64,000 nucleotides of DNA from Raillietiella orientalis (Eukaryota): NCBI GenBank assembly GCA_036172245.1, contig JAYWIR010000120.1, positions 1 through 64,000 on the forward strand, read 5' to 3'. Both the position numbers and the translations under genes were made by a program. Under the pieces are notes generated by a model that ran no database searches, was not told the DNA's origin, and saw nothing but the letters and a program-made list of their open reading frames with translations. Position 1 is the first letter of the stretch; each line of letters begins with the position of its first letter. This document shows positions 63,001 to 64,000 of this stretch, piece after piece.

Positions 63001-64000
63001 TCCTGTCGTTCCTCACGCCTTTGCCGAAACCTGGAGGAAGTTGATGGAGGGGAAACTGGTCGCAGAACTCTCGGACTGAGCGTTTTATTTTGTCCCAGTC
63101 AGCGAGAGTCTGCAGTTCGCAACTACGCAGGAATGCGCGCAGATGTTCGCGCGCTCCTGCGAGTCGCAACCAGTCCCCCGGCAGGCGCCACGCTTCGGAG
63201 GGTGGACCTCTGTCGCGCGGATGAATGTTGATCACTAGCCGAGGGTGATCGGACAGCTCCGACGCAATTGCTCCTCGAGTCCCCATCCGCGTACACAAGT
63301 GGTTATCGAGGAACACGTGGTCGATTCTGCTTCTCGCCCCGGCTTCATCTGCCAACAAGTTGCGTGTGTGCATAGCCGCACACAACTCGTTGACCAATTG
63401 TGCTCGTATGTCGGGCGCTTCCGACAGCATGCGGACGTTGAAGTTTCCCGCTATCAGATGCGCCCGCCGCACGCCTGCTTCGACCAGCCAGTCTCGCCGC
63501 AGGGCTTCGAAGAACGCAGTGCGTTCTGCGCGCCTGTGGCTGGTGCAGGGCGCGTACAGATTCGTGACTACGAGGTCGATCGATTTTGACCACTTGAGGA
63601 CAAGTTGTCCGACTCGACCTTCCTCGTTGAACTGTGCACTGCGCACCGCATTGGCGACGTCCGGCTTCAGCAGGAAGGCCACTCCGCGGGAGTGGTCTCC
63701 TCCACCACGCCAAAGTAGCCTCCCCCCTGTGAGCCTCTCGATTTCCTGGACGTCATCTGCTCTGAGGGCATGCACCTCTTGGGGAAGTGCCAGGTCGAAT
63801 GGTCGCAGGGTGTCGGCCACGCTACGCCTCTTGCTTTCGCTACGCAGCTCGTTGACATTCCAACAGGCTATACGCAGCTGCCGGCAAGAGGCGATTCCAC
63901 GCATCATACTAATGATGGTGGTGGCGTGTGTATTGCCGCCTCCTGTTCGGGAGGCGGCTGGTCGTTGTCCATCTGCGGTGGTGGCGTTTCGGCAACGACC
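60055..64000 (-). mobile_element. Young family E LINE: ORF1 end, whole ORF2 and 3'UTR; continues beyond the window
   Basis: Terminal AATAAAAGCCCCGGCATACCCGGGTGAAAAA; ORF2 colinear without frameshift. Confidence 0.95.
60320..63907 (-). pseudogene. LINE ORF2 (APE endonuclease, RT, zinc finger), ~1195 codons, one premature stop
   Basis: ORFs 62489-63907 and 60320-62407 share a frame; only GN*RPI (W to stop) interrupts; WNVN, QE, NLYAP, GNFN, RIDH, SDH, DLRKAFD, RQGDSLSP, YADD, KYLG, CAECGERETFPHLILEC. Confidence 0.93.

Noticed and set aside
843..63858. Long antisense or alternative-frame ORFs over the LINEs (e.g. 1809-2894, 5751-6476, 60438-61085)
   Set aside because: Shadow ORFs of GC-rich coding sequence, with no independent motifs
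1..64000. Prokaryotic RT systems (retron, DGR, group II intron), CRISPR arrays, rRNA/tRNA genes
   Set aside because: The RTs are fused to an APE endonuclease with a gag-like ORF1 and AATAAA ends, i.e. eukaryotic LINEs; no repeat-spacer array or structural RNA gene was recognised

Overview
Eukaryotic, probably invertebrate animal, DNA in three zones. (1) Positions 1-11.8 kb and 40.5-64 kb are almost wall-to-wall nests of at least 6 diverged families of one lineage of GC-rich L1/Tx1-clade non-LTR retrotransposons. ORF1 has an RRM-like region and two CCHC knuckles; ORF2 has an APE endonuclease, RT and a C-terminal CxxC..H..C finger. One full-length copy with a TSD (54208-59873) and one near-intact ORF2 (60320-63907) are present. 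The copies insert into each other, mostly antisense (about 12 vs 4 scorable events by hand), and junctions recur at a few homologous ORF2 sites. The families share a fixed-spacing 5' motif (GGACG-N12-GCTCC), a covarying 3'UTR hairpin with a CTGCGT loop, and a terminal AATAAA + CCCGG hairpin. Their endonuclease appears to lack the usual beta-hairpin loop. (2) The central region (~12.5-40.4 kb) has no recognisable copies of this lineage and holds a 19.5 kb palindrome: ~8.5 kb arms at ~99.8% identity around a 2.4 kb spacer. It may be a partial inverted duplication of an unidentified spliced transcription unit. (3) Relics: an intronless M14 carboxypeptidase pseudogene (~11.8-12.45 kb) and a NeSL/Utopia-like RLE retrotransposon RT fragment (~39.1-39.7 kb). 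All calls are by eye; no searches were run, and the family labels A-K are my own working names.
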